DNA of 64,000 bases from the human T2T-CHM13v2.0 reference genome, Homo sapiens, in the NCBI RefSeq assembly GCF_009914755.1, contig NC_060931.1; one strand, written 5' to 3'. Both the position numbers and the translations under genes were made by a program. The notes beneath the pieces are model-generated. The model was not told the origin of the DNA, did not search any database, and was given only the letters and a program-made list of their open reading frames with translations. This document shows, one piece after another, positions 11,650 to 27,806 of the stretch. The first letter of the stretch is position 1; the number at the start of each line of letters is the position of its first letter.

Positions 11650-12120
11650 CAAGGGGCAATGTTAAGACTCAATCCAAGACTTATACTCAATCATTGACAA
11701 GAAGTATTTCATTTTTTCCTTGCAGTAGATAAATTTGTAGAACATAAGCCTATAGTTACTATGTGCTATCTTTTATTCAACATGGGGAAATTCAGCCTGG
11801 GAATAAAACTTTCACAGAGAATAGCAGAGTCAAGGTTCATGTGAGCAGATATGGATGCATTTTATGTCATTTGAGCAGATATGGATGCAGTCATGGCTGA
11901 AGCCATTTGCCCTTTAGACTTTGTCTGAACTGGCACAATTCAGTTTATGTTACAATACATTTTTTATTGAAACATAACTTTTATTTATGTCACATGGGAC
12001 TGAAATATGCTGGTATAATATGCCATTATTATCCTCATAAATGATGAAACAAGTATTGCCTTGATAGATTTAAGGTTTCAGAGCAAGTATGTGGTGGATT
12101 TGGGAAGACAAGAAGTCTAG

Positions 12121-12453
<333 letters not shown>

Positions 12454-13081
12454 TAATATTCTAGAGTGTTTTTCAAAAAGACAACTATATAATATGATAA
12501 ACTGCAAGTAAGTCTTTAAAAAATATTTACACACACACAAACAAAAAGAGAGACAACCTCTTGAGGAGCTAGTCTTGTTGAGGCTGGCAGAGTACAGGAT
12601 CCCTTGGGTATATTCTTAAGGCTGATATATCTAAGGTCAGACAAGGTCATAACACTTCCAAGTAAAACAGAAGAAACTCAGCTCTCCTTCCTCACCTGTT
12701 TGTACTTCTATAAGGCTGTACTTTTTCTTGCTACAAAACACCCACTAGATTTGAAATGCAAGCTCACTAAAAGCCAAAAACTAAAACAAAACCTGCTTTC
12801 AATTAAATAATAGAATAATGCACACCTAAAATACAAATTTGATTATGCCACTCTCCTGCTTACAGGCAAAGTACACTTTCTCTATGTTGAATGTAAGAAT
12901 TTTAATTTTCTGACCATTGTTTACTCTTCTGTCCTCATCTTTTGTCAATCTCTGCTGGCACCTGGCTGACTTGTCACGCTGAAATTCTGGCAGCTGTGTA
13001 CAGACTCAGGCTTTTTTTTAGCCTCAAAATATCCTACACTGTTCTGTGTACCTGGAATTCCCTGCTTACCCCTTTTCCACC

Positions 13082-13450
13082 TGTCTTCATCTACTCAGGC
13101 TACTATAACAAAATACCACAAACTGGGTAGCTTTTAAGCAACAGAAATGTATTTCTCACAGTTCTGGAGGCTGGGAAGTCCAAGATCAATGCACCAGGAG
13201 ATTCAGTGTCTGGAGAGGGCATGCTTTCTGGTTCATAGATGGTGACTTCCTGCTGTGTCCCCACATGGTTGAAGGGACTAGCCAGCTTTCTGGGGTTTCT
13301 TTTATAAGGTTACTAATCCCAGTAGCCAGGACTCTACCCTCATGACCTAATCTACTCCCAAAGGCCCCACTCTTTAATACCATCACCTTGGGGATTAGGA
13401 TTTCAACATGTGAATTTTTCAGGGGTGTAAGAATTCAGTCCATTGCAACA
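13082..13450 (-). mobile_element. MLT1A-type MaLR solo LTR
   Basis: 'tataacaaaataccacaaactggg...atttctcacagttctggaggctgggaagtccaagatca...gattaggatttcaacatgtgaatttt'. Confidence 0.9.
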
Positions 13451-14227
13451 CTGGAAAAATTCCTACTCACATTTGAAAAGTAAACTTACCTACCTCTTCC
13501 GAGAAAGCCTTTCTTAATCTATTACAACCCTTCCTCAGTTGGTGAGATAGTGCTCTTCTATGTATGATACAATTCAATAGTTAAGATGCCTATTTCATGC
13601 TGTATTGTACCCTCTCATTAACCAGTCATTTGGTGCAAGTTTCCTTCGGGGAAGGAGCAAGCCCATGCGCAAGGTGGCTTTTTTTTTTTTTCTTTTTGGC
13701 TTGAGACCATCAACTGTTAAAAATCCCAGCAGCTGGGAAAGTAAGGACCTCAATCCTCAAAGAAGGTTCTGAGTGAGCAACATAGCACACAATATCCAAC
13801 TTGGAAGTTATGGAAGTCTGGAATAAAACTATATCATCAGAAATCAGAAAAAATACTCTATAACTTAAAATAATGGGCATAGTTAACACATCCATTTAAA
13901 ATAAAAAGCATTGTAAATGACTGCAGCCAATCCATACATACAATGGATTCTGTTTACAATGTATCAAAATTATTACTTGTAGCAAGTTAAATATCAAGAA
14001 AATCAATTAACTCTTCATTTCCTGATAAGTCTTGTGACCAAAAATAATTTACAAACCTCCAAAAAGTTAAACTATTATGAAGTAATCTAAATAATATAAT
14101 TCATCATTTCAGCTTTATCAACAGTCTCTTCCTTTTGGTGAGACATTAACAAAAAGAAATATCATTTAAGTCAGCATCTCAAAGAACAATTAATTCAAAT
14201 AAAGTTTAATGAAAGCATTTAGCCATA

Positions 14228-14671
14228 TGTTGAAACCAACCCAATAGTCCCATAGAGAGTTTTTGGCTAAACAGAGAAATTGACCCTCCTGGTCTTAAAG
14301 CTTGAAATTTACATTTGTCTTACATGAGTTTCTTCCTCAGGAAAGGAACTTCAGGCCTCTCCAAAAAAATGATGAAAGAAATGAAACTCACCAGATACCA
14401 CACCCAGACAAGACAGACCGCTCATTCATCATAATTTCTTCCTTGGCCCTCCATTATTCCTGTTTTCTTACATATTGGTTCATTTCTTCCCTGCTATACA
14501 AAACCCTAGTCTTATTAGTCAGGGAGATAGGTTTGAAGCTGAACTCCCATCCCCTTGGCTGCAGCATCAGATTAAAGCCTTCTTCCTTGGCAATACTTGT
14601 TGTCTCAGTCATTGGCTTTCTGTGCAGTAAACAGCAGAACGCAGACCAAACCGCAGGTTGTTTCAGTAACA
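14228..14671 (+). mobile_element. ERV1 (MER4-group) solo LTR
   Basis: TGTTGAAACC...TTTCAGTAACA termini, TATA-like 'ctatacaaaa' near 14494, ATTAAA at 14571; approximate TSD ATAT/GTAT. Exact subfamily not determined. Confidence 0.8.
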
Positions 14672-16594
14672 GTATCAGAAACATAATAGCAAGCAAGAAA
14701 TCTTGTAATTTCACTCCAAATAAACCATTCCATGAAAATAAATATGATTTCTTAGAAACTTGAAATATGATTTAGCAATAAATATTACCTAATATATAAT
14801 ATAATTAAGCTCTAATGTAGGTCATGTATGAGTTCTTTTATAACTATTTTTTAAATTTTTCCTGTTACACTTTATTTATCATGTTCTAATATATTAAGCA
14901 TTTAAAATAATTTTAATTAATACTTCTTTAAAATTCAATGCCATAGTCTTTTAATTGTTTCATATTTCTTATTGACTGTGATTTCTTCTTTTATGCCAAA
15001 ATCTCCTTGACAGGAATTATTTTCTTAAATCACTAAAATTCAGAATTTGCTTTACCCAAAAGAATGTTTTTCAAATTAGTTCTACCAGTATTTTTGCATC
15101 TTGTTTTTATACTGAGATGCATTTATTCTGATATGCCATAGAAAACTCTATGCAAGAAAAATATTTCCCAGAATCCAATTCAATTTGACATGAAAAAAAG
15201 ACACAAAATAAATCTTAATTGTGCCTCAGAAAATAATCTTAACTAGTCAAAAATCATTTTGCCTCTAACTGAGATCTTTCTGCTCAGTTTACTCTGTCAC
15301 TTTATCACAGATTTCTTGGCCATATTGTCTAATTACAAAACCATGGCTCTTGTTTCTTTATACAGAGACTTGTAAATAGTCAACTCAATGGAAAAAAATG
15401 CATCTTATAAGCCTGTGGTAGAAATAATTTTTCACAAGTGGTATGTCAGTTCAGCATCAATTTGAGAAGTTCCCAAGCCTAAAACAATCCAATGGAGAGC
15501 TCATAAGAAACTAGAAATTAGAGCCCACCAAAACAAAGATTAGCAAACTATTTTCTTGTATAGAACAAAGGCATGACTTTGCAAAGCACTGTTGCATTAA
15601 AATTCTGTTCTGGAAATTGTTTTTATTCACCTGACATTCACTCCTCTTTCTGTTTTCAAATATTCATTATACTGTTTAACTTTCTCACCACACAAAGCAA
15701 ATCTTTCTGGACAGAGTAATGACAATAGAATATGAAGCAGTTTATCAAAATCAATTTGGTTTGCTACATATTCATGAGATATTTTATTATAACTACTCCA
15801 AACTTTCCTTTTTTCAAAAATCAAACTGCTGATTTATTCTTTTTTCTGAAGCATTCTGAAGCTTAAAGCATCACCATAATGAGACAGTTTGCTCCTAAGA
15901 AGGGTTCCATTTTGTCAAGCATTTCAGCTATCCAAAGACCAAGACGCCTAGCAAAATCAAGTAGCTAAAGCACAATGAATCCAAGAGGAAAGACCAAAAG
16001 GACAGAACGTCCTAGATAGCAAAGAAACATCCATAAATTTTTTTTTTAAAAAAGTAAATATATCTGTCAAAAAAATAGCTATACATTCTAAACTTGATCT
16101 TCAAATTGCTGTTAAGCCTAAATCCAAAAAAAAAAAAAAAAAAGAAAGCTGGTTAATCCTCCAATAATTATATTTTCTACAGATACAGTGTTGAAGATGT
16201 TTTTAATTACATTATATGTCATTCTTTTTATGTCAAACCAGTGGAGAATTAATGTATAGTTGCCAAATTTATAAGGTGCTGTTTCCTTTATTTTCATAAT
16301 GTCTTTGACCAACTCCATTAACGACAGAAGCTCAGGATCTTTTTATTAGTATCATCTTTCTGACTGACCAAGCTTGTGAGTAAATTTTTAATTTGTTTCT
16401 CTCAAGCACCTTTTTCCTGGACCCTTAAAACAATATACTTTGAATTAATTGCAAGTCATACACACAAGGTGACAGTATCCTGAAGCTGTAAGATTTAAAA
16501 GAGGACAATCAACTAATAAAGATAAACAGAAAATAAGATGTTTTACTTCGTGTTACATTGATGTCTGTTGCATCCTGCCTTTTTAAAAAAAAAA

Positions 16595-16652
<58 letters not shown>
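16595..16652. repeat. Compound (TA)n/(CA)n microsatellite
   Basis: Directly visible. Confidence 0.95.
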
Positions 16653-16853
16653 CAGGAAAACGACTATGTCTTTAGGATATAAAGAAATTTCACGGCTATG
16701 TCCAAATAAATTCAATCCATTTCCAAAGTCAACTAAAAAGTTTTTTTTTAATGAAAGAGAAATAGAAAATGTCAAGTAGAACTATAATTTCAGCAGTTAT
16801 ACAGCAGTCATTATACTGTTGCCAAAAACTGAAGATCTATCAACATTCATGGC

Positions 16854-16860
<7 letters not shown>

Positions 16861-16888
<28 letters not shown>
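16861..16888. repeat. (CA)14 microsatellite
   Basis: Directly visible. Confidence 0.95.
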
Positions 16889-16891
<3 letters not shown>

Positions 16892-17081
16892 TTTATCATC
16901 ATAATTGGTATAGGTCTAACTTAATTTAAAATAAAAACAAAAATAAATTTAAGGTTATTAAAATTCAGAATAGTTTCAGGGGTAAAATATACCACTAATA
17001 CTCCATTTTGAAAACTACTTTTCAGCTAGTTTTTCATCATTCTGTCACCATCATCATCAGTGACCTACCTACATGTACTGA

Positions 17082-17457
<376 letters not shown>

Positions 17458-17930
17458 GACTACATTATTTATTATTTAACTCTCAGGAAAACGCTTTCAG
17501 GCAGACACTATTTTTATTCTCACTTAAGATGTAGGAAAACAGGTACATAAGGAGGCTCACTCTCTTATTCAAGTTCAGACAACTGGTAAGCAGTGAGCCT
17601 AGAATCAATGAAGACAGTTTCCCTCCAGACCAAGAAGCAGTAAGCCTGAAAACACAGCTTCTCTTAGGAAACAGCAAAGTGATTTGCAGACTTTATTCCA
17701 GATTGTTTTCTATTTGATAATATGTCCTGGTAAAAATAATGACACCTTACTATAAAATAGGAGTGTAGAACTTGTCTACACCACATATTTGTAGATTTTT
17801 TTAAAGTTATAAATTGATTAATTACCAGGAAGGAAGTACAGAACCAAGATGAGTGATCTAACTTCTAATATTGACTAAAAATTTCTTTTCTCTGTAGCAG
17901 CTGAGGAATAGCCACAACATAAGTTGTGTG

Positions 17931-18059
17931 TTGTGATACTATACTAAAACTCAAGAAATAGAAGTTTCTTAAAGCTTGTAAAGTTTAGTGCAATGTGGAA
18001 TCTTAAACTCTATCAATAAACTTTATTCCTTTATTACATTAAAACACACTGATCTATCT
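17931..18059. mobile_element. Charlie1-like internal fragment (second copy)
   Basis: Colinear with 19951-19989 plus 20301-20403 (tgcaatgtggaatcttaaa...tcaataaacttt...ttacattaaa). Confidence 0.7.
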
Positions 18060-19649
18060 ACTCATGCATTAATTAAAATATCAAATAGTTATGTATTTTC
18101 ATTAATTTTTAAATATTTCTATATTATCAAAATAAAAATATTAGCCTATATTTAAGAGAAATGAGCATATGTGGCTAAGTTTTGCCTAAATGGTCTTCAT
18201 GGGATCCTCCATTTAAAAGGCAGCTTCTTTTCTATATTCTGTGATGCAAGTATTAATTGTGAATTATAAAAATTTATCAAAAAGATGTTATTAAAATTAA
18301 TTCACTTGTACAGTGGTATAGCCTAAGGAATTTACAATGGTCTGAGGTAGCTACCTAATAAACACTTGTCTAAAATGCATTAAAAGTCTTTGGGATTGCA
18401 ATGCCTTGAGACCTATACAATCTGAATTCATGCAGAAAAAAGTGGCACAGGTCAAATCTCTGCTACTTAGTAGGAAATAATTTGATAGTTTGTATTATTG
18501 ACAATCACACAACAATATAGCATACTGCATAAAATTATTTTACATATTTTCTAAACTTGGAAATAAGCATAATTGGTTCTACATAATTTTTTTTCAATTT
18601 CTGTATCACTTAAATGAAGACATCATGATCCATTCCACATCTACATTTCTGTTTCCAATATTAACAAAAAATCATTAACTTAAGAATTTTTGCTGTTTAT
18701 GTGTGACATTTAATATATAAGAATTAAAAGGCTATCCATTATCTATTGTATTTATTTATAAACAAAGAATTGTAGTCTAATTCTAGGTGACATTAAGTTG
18801 TGTTTTAACCATTTTAGAAAGATTTTCAAAGGAATGTCATTTTCTTTGAAGAGCAAAGACCTAGTCTCAGCTTTCTGAAAAGTTTAATAAACTAGAAAAC
18901 TGTCATAATAGTTAAAATAACTTTAAATTTATACATGCTTAAACAAAAATTACAAGCTTGACTCAAATTTCAATTACATTTAATTATGAAATATCTAAGC
19001 ACATTTCTCATCTATGCCTTATGATTTAGTTTTATCTTATTCTGATGAGAACAACATTTAAATATCAGTAGTTACAGGTACCTACCAAAGAACAGCATAT
19101 TCATGAAAAATATTTGAGAGTTAGAAAAACACCTACAGGTTTTCAACGGATTTTATACTTAGAATCTTTATAAAATTATTATTTCCCTTTTGCATGATAC
19201 AAAGATTATTGTAGATTCACTGTTTTTTTCCATTAAAAATAGAAAGTATAGCTTTTGACAACAGCAGAAGTCACAGGCATTAATAAAAAACTGCATAAAA
19301 TTAGAAATAGTGATACTTGGTTTCCACTTCAAAACAGAGGGCACGCAGCAAATCTTTAAACATGTCAATATCTGTTAACATCTACGAAAATGTTCAGGCA
19401 TTGTTGTCAATCAATACAAAAAATAATCTGAAAATAAGATACTTTTGAGAACTTAATTATGTAGGTCTGATGGAAATCAATAGATTGACGGTAATTATTT
19501 TTTTTAAATCCACAAGATGCAGGAGTTATATTCAAATATCAATGTAAATCTACTTTAAGAAATTCGCTGCTTGGGTTTAGGTGGATCTTTACTGTGTTTG
19601 GTTGAAGTCAAAGCACATCTTTATGTTATAGATGACAATTTTGTTCCAC

Positions 19650-20514
<865 letters not shown>

Positions 20515-20686
20515 TACAGTGTTTTAATAGAGAAAAATTTTTAAACACTCTTGCATTATACACATATCAAAAAAATATGATGACTCAGGACTGAATATTA
20601 CACATAAGACTCACTCCAAACACATTTTCTACAGTAGATTCTCTAATTCCGATTGAGCTATGACCTGGCTTTAGATTTCCAACCCC

Positions 20687-20987
<301 letters not shown>

Positions 20988-21809
20988 TCACTGTTACCAA
21001 AAAAAAAAAAAACACTACGAATTCAGATAGCATATTAAAATGATTTCAAGATAAGTAATAAAATATTTTCTATAATATTTCTTTTTGGGTAAGTAATGAT
21101 GATTTTGACATGAAGAAAAAAACTCAGTCTGAAAACTGAGCAGCTTTTGTGACTAGTCTATCCGCTTAAATAAAAATGAAAAAAAAAAAGAGCTTCCTTT
21201 TAATCTATATAATACCAAAGGTTTTTACCAGTTTGTAAGAAACACTAGCCCTAATTAAAAGTAGGTCACATTCTTTTAGGTGACAGCAGAATATTGTTAA
21301 AAGAAAAAAATAAGCAAAATGGGGTTTCTGCAGGAGGCAAAGAGAATACATCTGTTGCTCACAGAATCCAAATAAACAGCCCAAACATGCTGTTCAAAGT
21401 GAAGACAGTAGAAAGTGGAAGCCCCAAGAAGAGTTACTACTGTATGGCAGGGATTTAGATGATGTTCAGCCAGAAATGAGACTTCTGAGAAGGAATTTCT
21501 AGGATAAAATGCCCAGAAGCTGATCTGATCCACAGTCAGTTGAGACCGGGGCAGCCAGAAAGAACTATACAAGACTATAGCCATATTACATACTTACCTG
21601 TAACTGCAGTCATATGGTTTTCCATACTCTATGCTATTAGAATACAAGGAGACTCAGGACAAACAAAACTAGCTTGTCCTGTTTCTAGCTTGAGCCACAG
21701 GAAAGTCTTCTTAAGACCAAGAGTATTGGGAGCAAATGAATGAAGGTTGTTCTACTCCATGGATCAAATGAACTTCCTAATTGTAACAGAAGAGCTATCA
21801 CGAATGCTT

Positions 21810-22052
21810 TCTCCTCTTCGAAGACTTCCCTGCCATCCTCAAGACACATAACTGCCTACTGCTTTTGACTTTCTAATACAACACTTTTTTTTCCTTTAAC
21901 ATGGGCTATTATAATTTATTATAAAGCTGAGCTCTTGAGGGCAGGAATCTTTTCTTTTCTTATTCATTTTTTTTATCCCAAGCATGTAATATAGTACCTA
22001 CCACACACTAGGTACTAAATAATTATAATAATTGTTTCTTGAATGAATGAAT
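21810..22052 (+). mobile_element. L2 3' end
   Basis: 'gctcttgagggcaggaat...tagtacctaccacacactaggtact...tgaatgaatgaa'. Confidence 0.7.
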
Positions 22053-22102
22053 ATCCAAATAAAATCAAAATTAGTTTTTTTTCCAGAATATTATATCTTT
22101 AG

Positions 22103-22442
<340 letters not shown>

Positions 22443-22899
22443 TAATGTTTTATCTTAAAATGCTAAATTACTTTAATCTTGTTCTAAAAGAAGTTTTGTA
22501 CTTCCAAAGCATTGGATTCCAAAACATAAAACCTCCAAAACGTGCTATACAATTTTCCATTCTTCTCAATCTGCCAGTCTTAAAATTTGTTTCCCCAAGG
22601 TATCCACTAGGGTTTAAATTAAACATACTATATATTATTTTAAAAGTCATAAGTTTACTTATCCTAGCAAAGCGATTGACATACAGGTAATTTTCTTTTC
22701 TCTTTTACTTTTGGCTGTAGAAAGCAGGAAAGACAGAGAGCATCAGGGCATCCTTGCACTTTAGATGCAATGACATTCGGTAAATCATACCTCAAAATGG
22801 TAATAATACATCCTGTTTCAGGCTGTTGTATGGATTACAGTAAATTCATGTCAGGCATCTGGGTCATGTTCAGAATACTATCAGGCCTTTTGTGTTGTT

Positions 22900-23420
22900 T
22901 TTTACATTTCCTGGCTAGTCCAGGACAGCATCATGTCTCACTTAAACCGCTGCAATAGCTTCTAATTGGCCTTCCTGATTTCACACTTGTCACCCCAGTC
23001 TCCACAAAGGAGCCATAATGATGCTTCTGAAAATGTAAATCAGATATGCCACGCTCCTGCTTAACCCCATCCAATGGCTTCCCTTGGTCCTGCCTGTTAG
23101 GGCTGACATGAAGACTCCACCCCACTCCAATTTCATCTCCTGACATGACATTCCTACTACTACATCACCAGCCTCCTTGTGGTGCCTTAAACATGCCAGG
23201 CACGATCCAGCTTGGGCCCTTCCTACATCTAAAGATCCCTTGCCTGGAACGTGCTTCCCTTCACTTTCATTACTTTAGGCCTCTGCTCACATACTTCTTT
23301 ATCCTCTCAGCCTCATTCCAGTCACTATGTTTTATTCACTACTATTTGCCCAAGATCGACAGCAGTGCCTGATACACTGTGAGCCTTCAAAAATATTTGC
23401 TGAATAAATAAATAAATATA
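22900..23420 (+). mobile_element. L2 3' region
   Basis: 'gcaatagcttctaattggccttcctg...aaaatgtaaatcagatatgccac...caatggcttccc...cagtgcctgatacac...aatatttgctgaataaat'. Confidence 0.8.
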
Positions 23421-23529
23421 TTATTGATAATAATTCCTTAAAATCCTAGTTAGCATGCAGGAGAACTGTAAAATCATGGGAAAACATTTTTCTTTATCAG
23501 AAACTTAAAAATAAGAATAGCTAATATTT

Positions 23530-23848
<319 letters not shown>

Positions 23849-26800
23849 TCAGCCCAGACTTGATAGCTCATAATGGTCTGAGGAGATGTAGCTCCCTGTC
23901 TTAACAGAAACTGTGTGAACTGCTCCTGTTCATCAATCATGTAGTGGCTGTTTACTCGTCCCCAGGCCACATGTCTCTCCACATAGCATCTGGGTCTTCC
24001 CCTCAGCAAAGCCAAAATGTGCGATGACAGATGAAATTTCTGCTTTTATTTGGATGTGAAATTCAAACCTAAGTTGGAATGCCCCACTGTTGGAAAACAA
24101 ACTTAAATCATTCATGAGGCATAAATTTTATGTCTAGTTTATCCAATTGACCAAAAAAAAATACATCAACTATTTAATGATCATGACGTAAAGGTAACAC
24201 TTGGAATTATATAAACTATCATTCTCTTTCTCTCTCAACTTTTTCTAAGGGTTTTCCCATTTACACATTATTTTTTGTCCAAGTGATCTTACTACTTTGT
24301 TGAGAAAAAGGGTCAAATGTAGAAAATAAACTAAAATGACAGAAATATTAGGAAAATTAAGAAACAATAAGAATTATGAACAGAAGTGTTTAACAAAGAA
24401 AACATTGTACAGACTTTGCCAATTATGAAATTAAATCACTCTGGATGCAGCAAGGAAATAAAGAGAGAAATTGATAGAGTAGAAATTAAGAACTAGGTTG
24501 ATTGCCCTGACAAAGGTAGCTGAATAACTTTAATTCTCTGTACTTCAAAAGACTTATTATAAAATTAATCTCACCACGTAGATTATCCTTCCAACTCAAG
24601 TTCATTGAATTGCGGTGTTAAATCTGAAATTCTACCTACTACCTACCAGAATAGGATTCAAGAATTCCAACAATCTCTAGAAAAAATATGCAAAATTTTG
24701 TGCAGACATTTAATATTCATTTTACTCAGAAAAGTTGCACATCTTATATGAATTTTTCAAGGCAATCTATGACCCAATACAAATTTAGAAAAAGCCTATT
24801 CAATAGAATTGGCATGAATCATTGATATTTATATATTTTACACATATAAGTTTATATGGAAGACAAGTTTTGTAAAACATAAGACCAAGACTTTTCTTTT
24901 TGGGACGAAGCCATCCTACTACCTAGAGGAATGTCTATCCAACCTCTATTAGATGGCAGTCTTAAAGTTGCTGGTTTCAGTCATTTTTTGAAGGAAGAGA
25001 GGTATTGCTTCTGATCCCTATTCTCTTTTAAAATAACAGAATTTCTAAAATGGATGTCAATAACCCATTTAATTGAATATCAATGCATATTAATCATGTT
25101 TTTCAATGCAAATGAAAAACTTTATTAGGACTAAGGCCTGTAGAGAAACTAAAAACTAAAAGGATAATAGTCATCTATTCATTACTCAAAATAAAACCAA
25201 TTCCAAAATGTAAAGTCCATGTTAGGAAACCTAACATAATTGTATTTTAATTATTTTTTTTGAAATGTATCAAATAGGAAATCATTTAAAACAAATGTCC
25301 TAGGTAGTTGTCAAGTTTGCTTATTAAGTTGTCAGCCCTTCTTGGACTTCTTTTGCAAAGCACAGGTGAATAACCATCTTATTTATGGCAAAGTAACTGT
25401 CATAAACCAAAGACTCATTGACTTTCATTGATTCACAAAAGTACTAACAGCTTAAAATGTACCCCCAACATCACCACGGCCACCTCTGCTGCTCTATAGC
25501 CGCCATTTATTGAGGGCTGACTCAACTCTGCTGGGCATTTCACATCTGTTTTCTTATTTGTCCTCACAGCAACCCTTCAAGAAAAATATTGAACTGGAGC
25601 TGCATTTTAGATGAGGTAAGCAATTATGACATAGACTTCCTTCCTGGGATGAACACTTTTCCTATTACCCATCCCTTCTAGAGAAAGGGGAGGACTGATT
25701 TAACTTTGTAGACAGGTGTGCAGGCTCTGAGATATTTTGCCATTCTGCTAACATACTGACTCTTCAGAGGGATCGATTAAAAAGCAATTGAGCCACAGAA
25801 CCATTGGTGTCGGCCTCCTGAGTACAGAAGAGGAGGGAGCTCATTCAATCGTGCATTATATTAGAAATTAGAACTGATCCATAGATGAAAAAGCAATTAA
25901 TATCCTATAGGAAGAAGAAATAAATACTATGAGATCAGAAGAGATTGATCCTATAATATTAGACCTAGAAAGTATCTTAGCGACTGTTTTTCTTGCATCC
26001 TTCAATTAAAGGCTATATTTTATATTTCTGTACTTTATTATCTACTAGATATTTTCAACATTTCCTTCTAAAAGAAGAATCAGGTGAATCAGGCACTGTG
26101 CCCAGTTTAACTTGTACTATAAAAGCTGGGGTAGAAGGCCTTCCCTTTGCCTTATATAAAATACAGAAAAATATTAGAATTCCTATTTGCACAAGGACAA
26201 ACAATGATTTTATATTACCTTGGCACTTATTACTTATCCAAAGTCATGTTAGTAATTTAAAATATGTTTTAAAATCTTGGATACAGATTAGTACAACTGA
26301 AAGGTGTTATTATAGAGATCAATATAGAGCCTAGAATATATAAAGTTGAAAAATAAAACAATAAAATGGTATCCATTCCCCACTATGTGAGTGAGTTCAA
26401 ATTTATCCATTCTCAATGAGTTCAGGAATTTCAGTCTGAAAGAACAAGTCTTCAAGGTTGGGAAGACTTGAAAACAAATCTGCTGAAACTATTACTATGG
26501 TCTCAAATGATTCACAGAGAGCAGAAAAGAGGCTTTAAGAGCCGAGATACACAAGTGCAACTGATCTGAAAGAAATAGAAAATAAATTGTATAATGACAA
26601 AGTTGACAACTTGGTAATGATTTTGGGCAAGGCTCTACACTTTGGGCCCTGAGAAGATAAAACAGAGTCATGTATCAGATTAGTGATTAGTTTAGGAAGC
26701 TATTAAAATTTCTTCCAACTCTGAAAATATGGACTTATCAATAATAGTGACTAGTTTGGATTCTCTGGATAAACATGTCCCTAGAATGTAGAAGGGAAAT

Positions 26801-26906
26801 TCCTTGGACTAACATAGCTTAATAATTGCTTGATAGCAGTACAGCCGAGTAGTTAAGAGAGTTACTCTAGACTTGATTAAACTGACTTCTGCTCTGCTAC
26901 TTATTC

Positions 26907-27806
26907 CAGGTTCATAAACCATTGTTTGAAACCTTAAAGCCAGAGATTTTGCAATTTGGATGTTTTTTAACTTTAGAAAAAACTACAGTGAATAGTCTAT
27001 ATATTTTATTAACATTCCCAGTATCCAATACTCAAACACATTATTTCTACAGTGACTATTCATACTAAGTATAATAAATAAAGGCTTTATATATCCTCAC
27101 CTCAATTTAGGTCAGATTGTTTGCCTCTAAAATAGCTCAAGTCTGTGGAGGGTAGAATTCTAAAATGAACCCCAAGTGTACATGTACCCCCGGCTGTACA
27201 TGTCCTTTATAACAATCCCCTACCCTAGAGTGTGCGTGGGGCCAGTGAATATGATGGACATCATTCATGTTACATTATATGGCAACGGCAAAGGGATTTT
27301 TGCAGATGTAATTAAGGTTCCTAATCAGTTGATATTGAGTTAATAAAAAAGGAGATTATCTCAGGTGGACCTGTGCTAATCTTATGAATGCTTTAAATGA
27401 GGATCTAGTAGTCAGAGACTATAAGGAAAATAGGCTTTCTCCTATTGACTTTACAGAAGCAAGCCACCATGAGTTTTACAGCTGCCAAAAAGTAAATTTT
27501 GCCAACAACCCATAAACTTGGAAGAGGATCCCAAACCTCAAATAAGGTGATAATAGGCTGCCTGGTGAGACCTTGAGCCGAAGATCCTGTCAGGTCATAC
27601 CCAATTCCTGACCTATGGAAACTGTGAGGTAATAAATGGCCATTGCTTTAAGCTGACAAGCTTGTGGTACTTGGTTATACATCATGGAAATGCATGGTAA
27701 TTCAATCCAAGGTTAGATCACCTTTTGTTAACAATTAGTTACAAAAACATTTTAGTTCTTAGAGATTTCTGAATTTTGAAATTGTGAATAAGGAATTGTA
27801 GGCCTG
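26907..27806. mobile_element. Probable Tigger/TcMar-type MITE split by an MLT1 LTR and inserted in a MIR
   Basis: CAGG...CCTG termini with TIR-like end 'ttttgaaattgtgaataaggaattgtaggcctg'; MIR halves either side (about 26835-26905 and 27807-27990). Confidence 0.5.
27144..27697 (+). mobile_element. MLT1E-like MaLR solo LTR
   Basis: 'tgtggagggtagaattctaaaatg...gattttgcagatgtaattaaggttcctaatcagttga...cctatggaaactgtgaggtaataaat'. Confidence 0.85.

Noticed and set aside
14302-14763. 153-aa plus-strand ORF
   Set aside because: Lies almost wholly inside a solo LTR, starts at a non-ATG codon and has no recognisable domain.
21590-21600. U1 snRNA 5' end (ATACTTACCTG) as a U1 pseudogene
   Set aside because: The match stops after 11 nt (no GCAGGGGAGATACC); better read as a minus-strand donor site.
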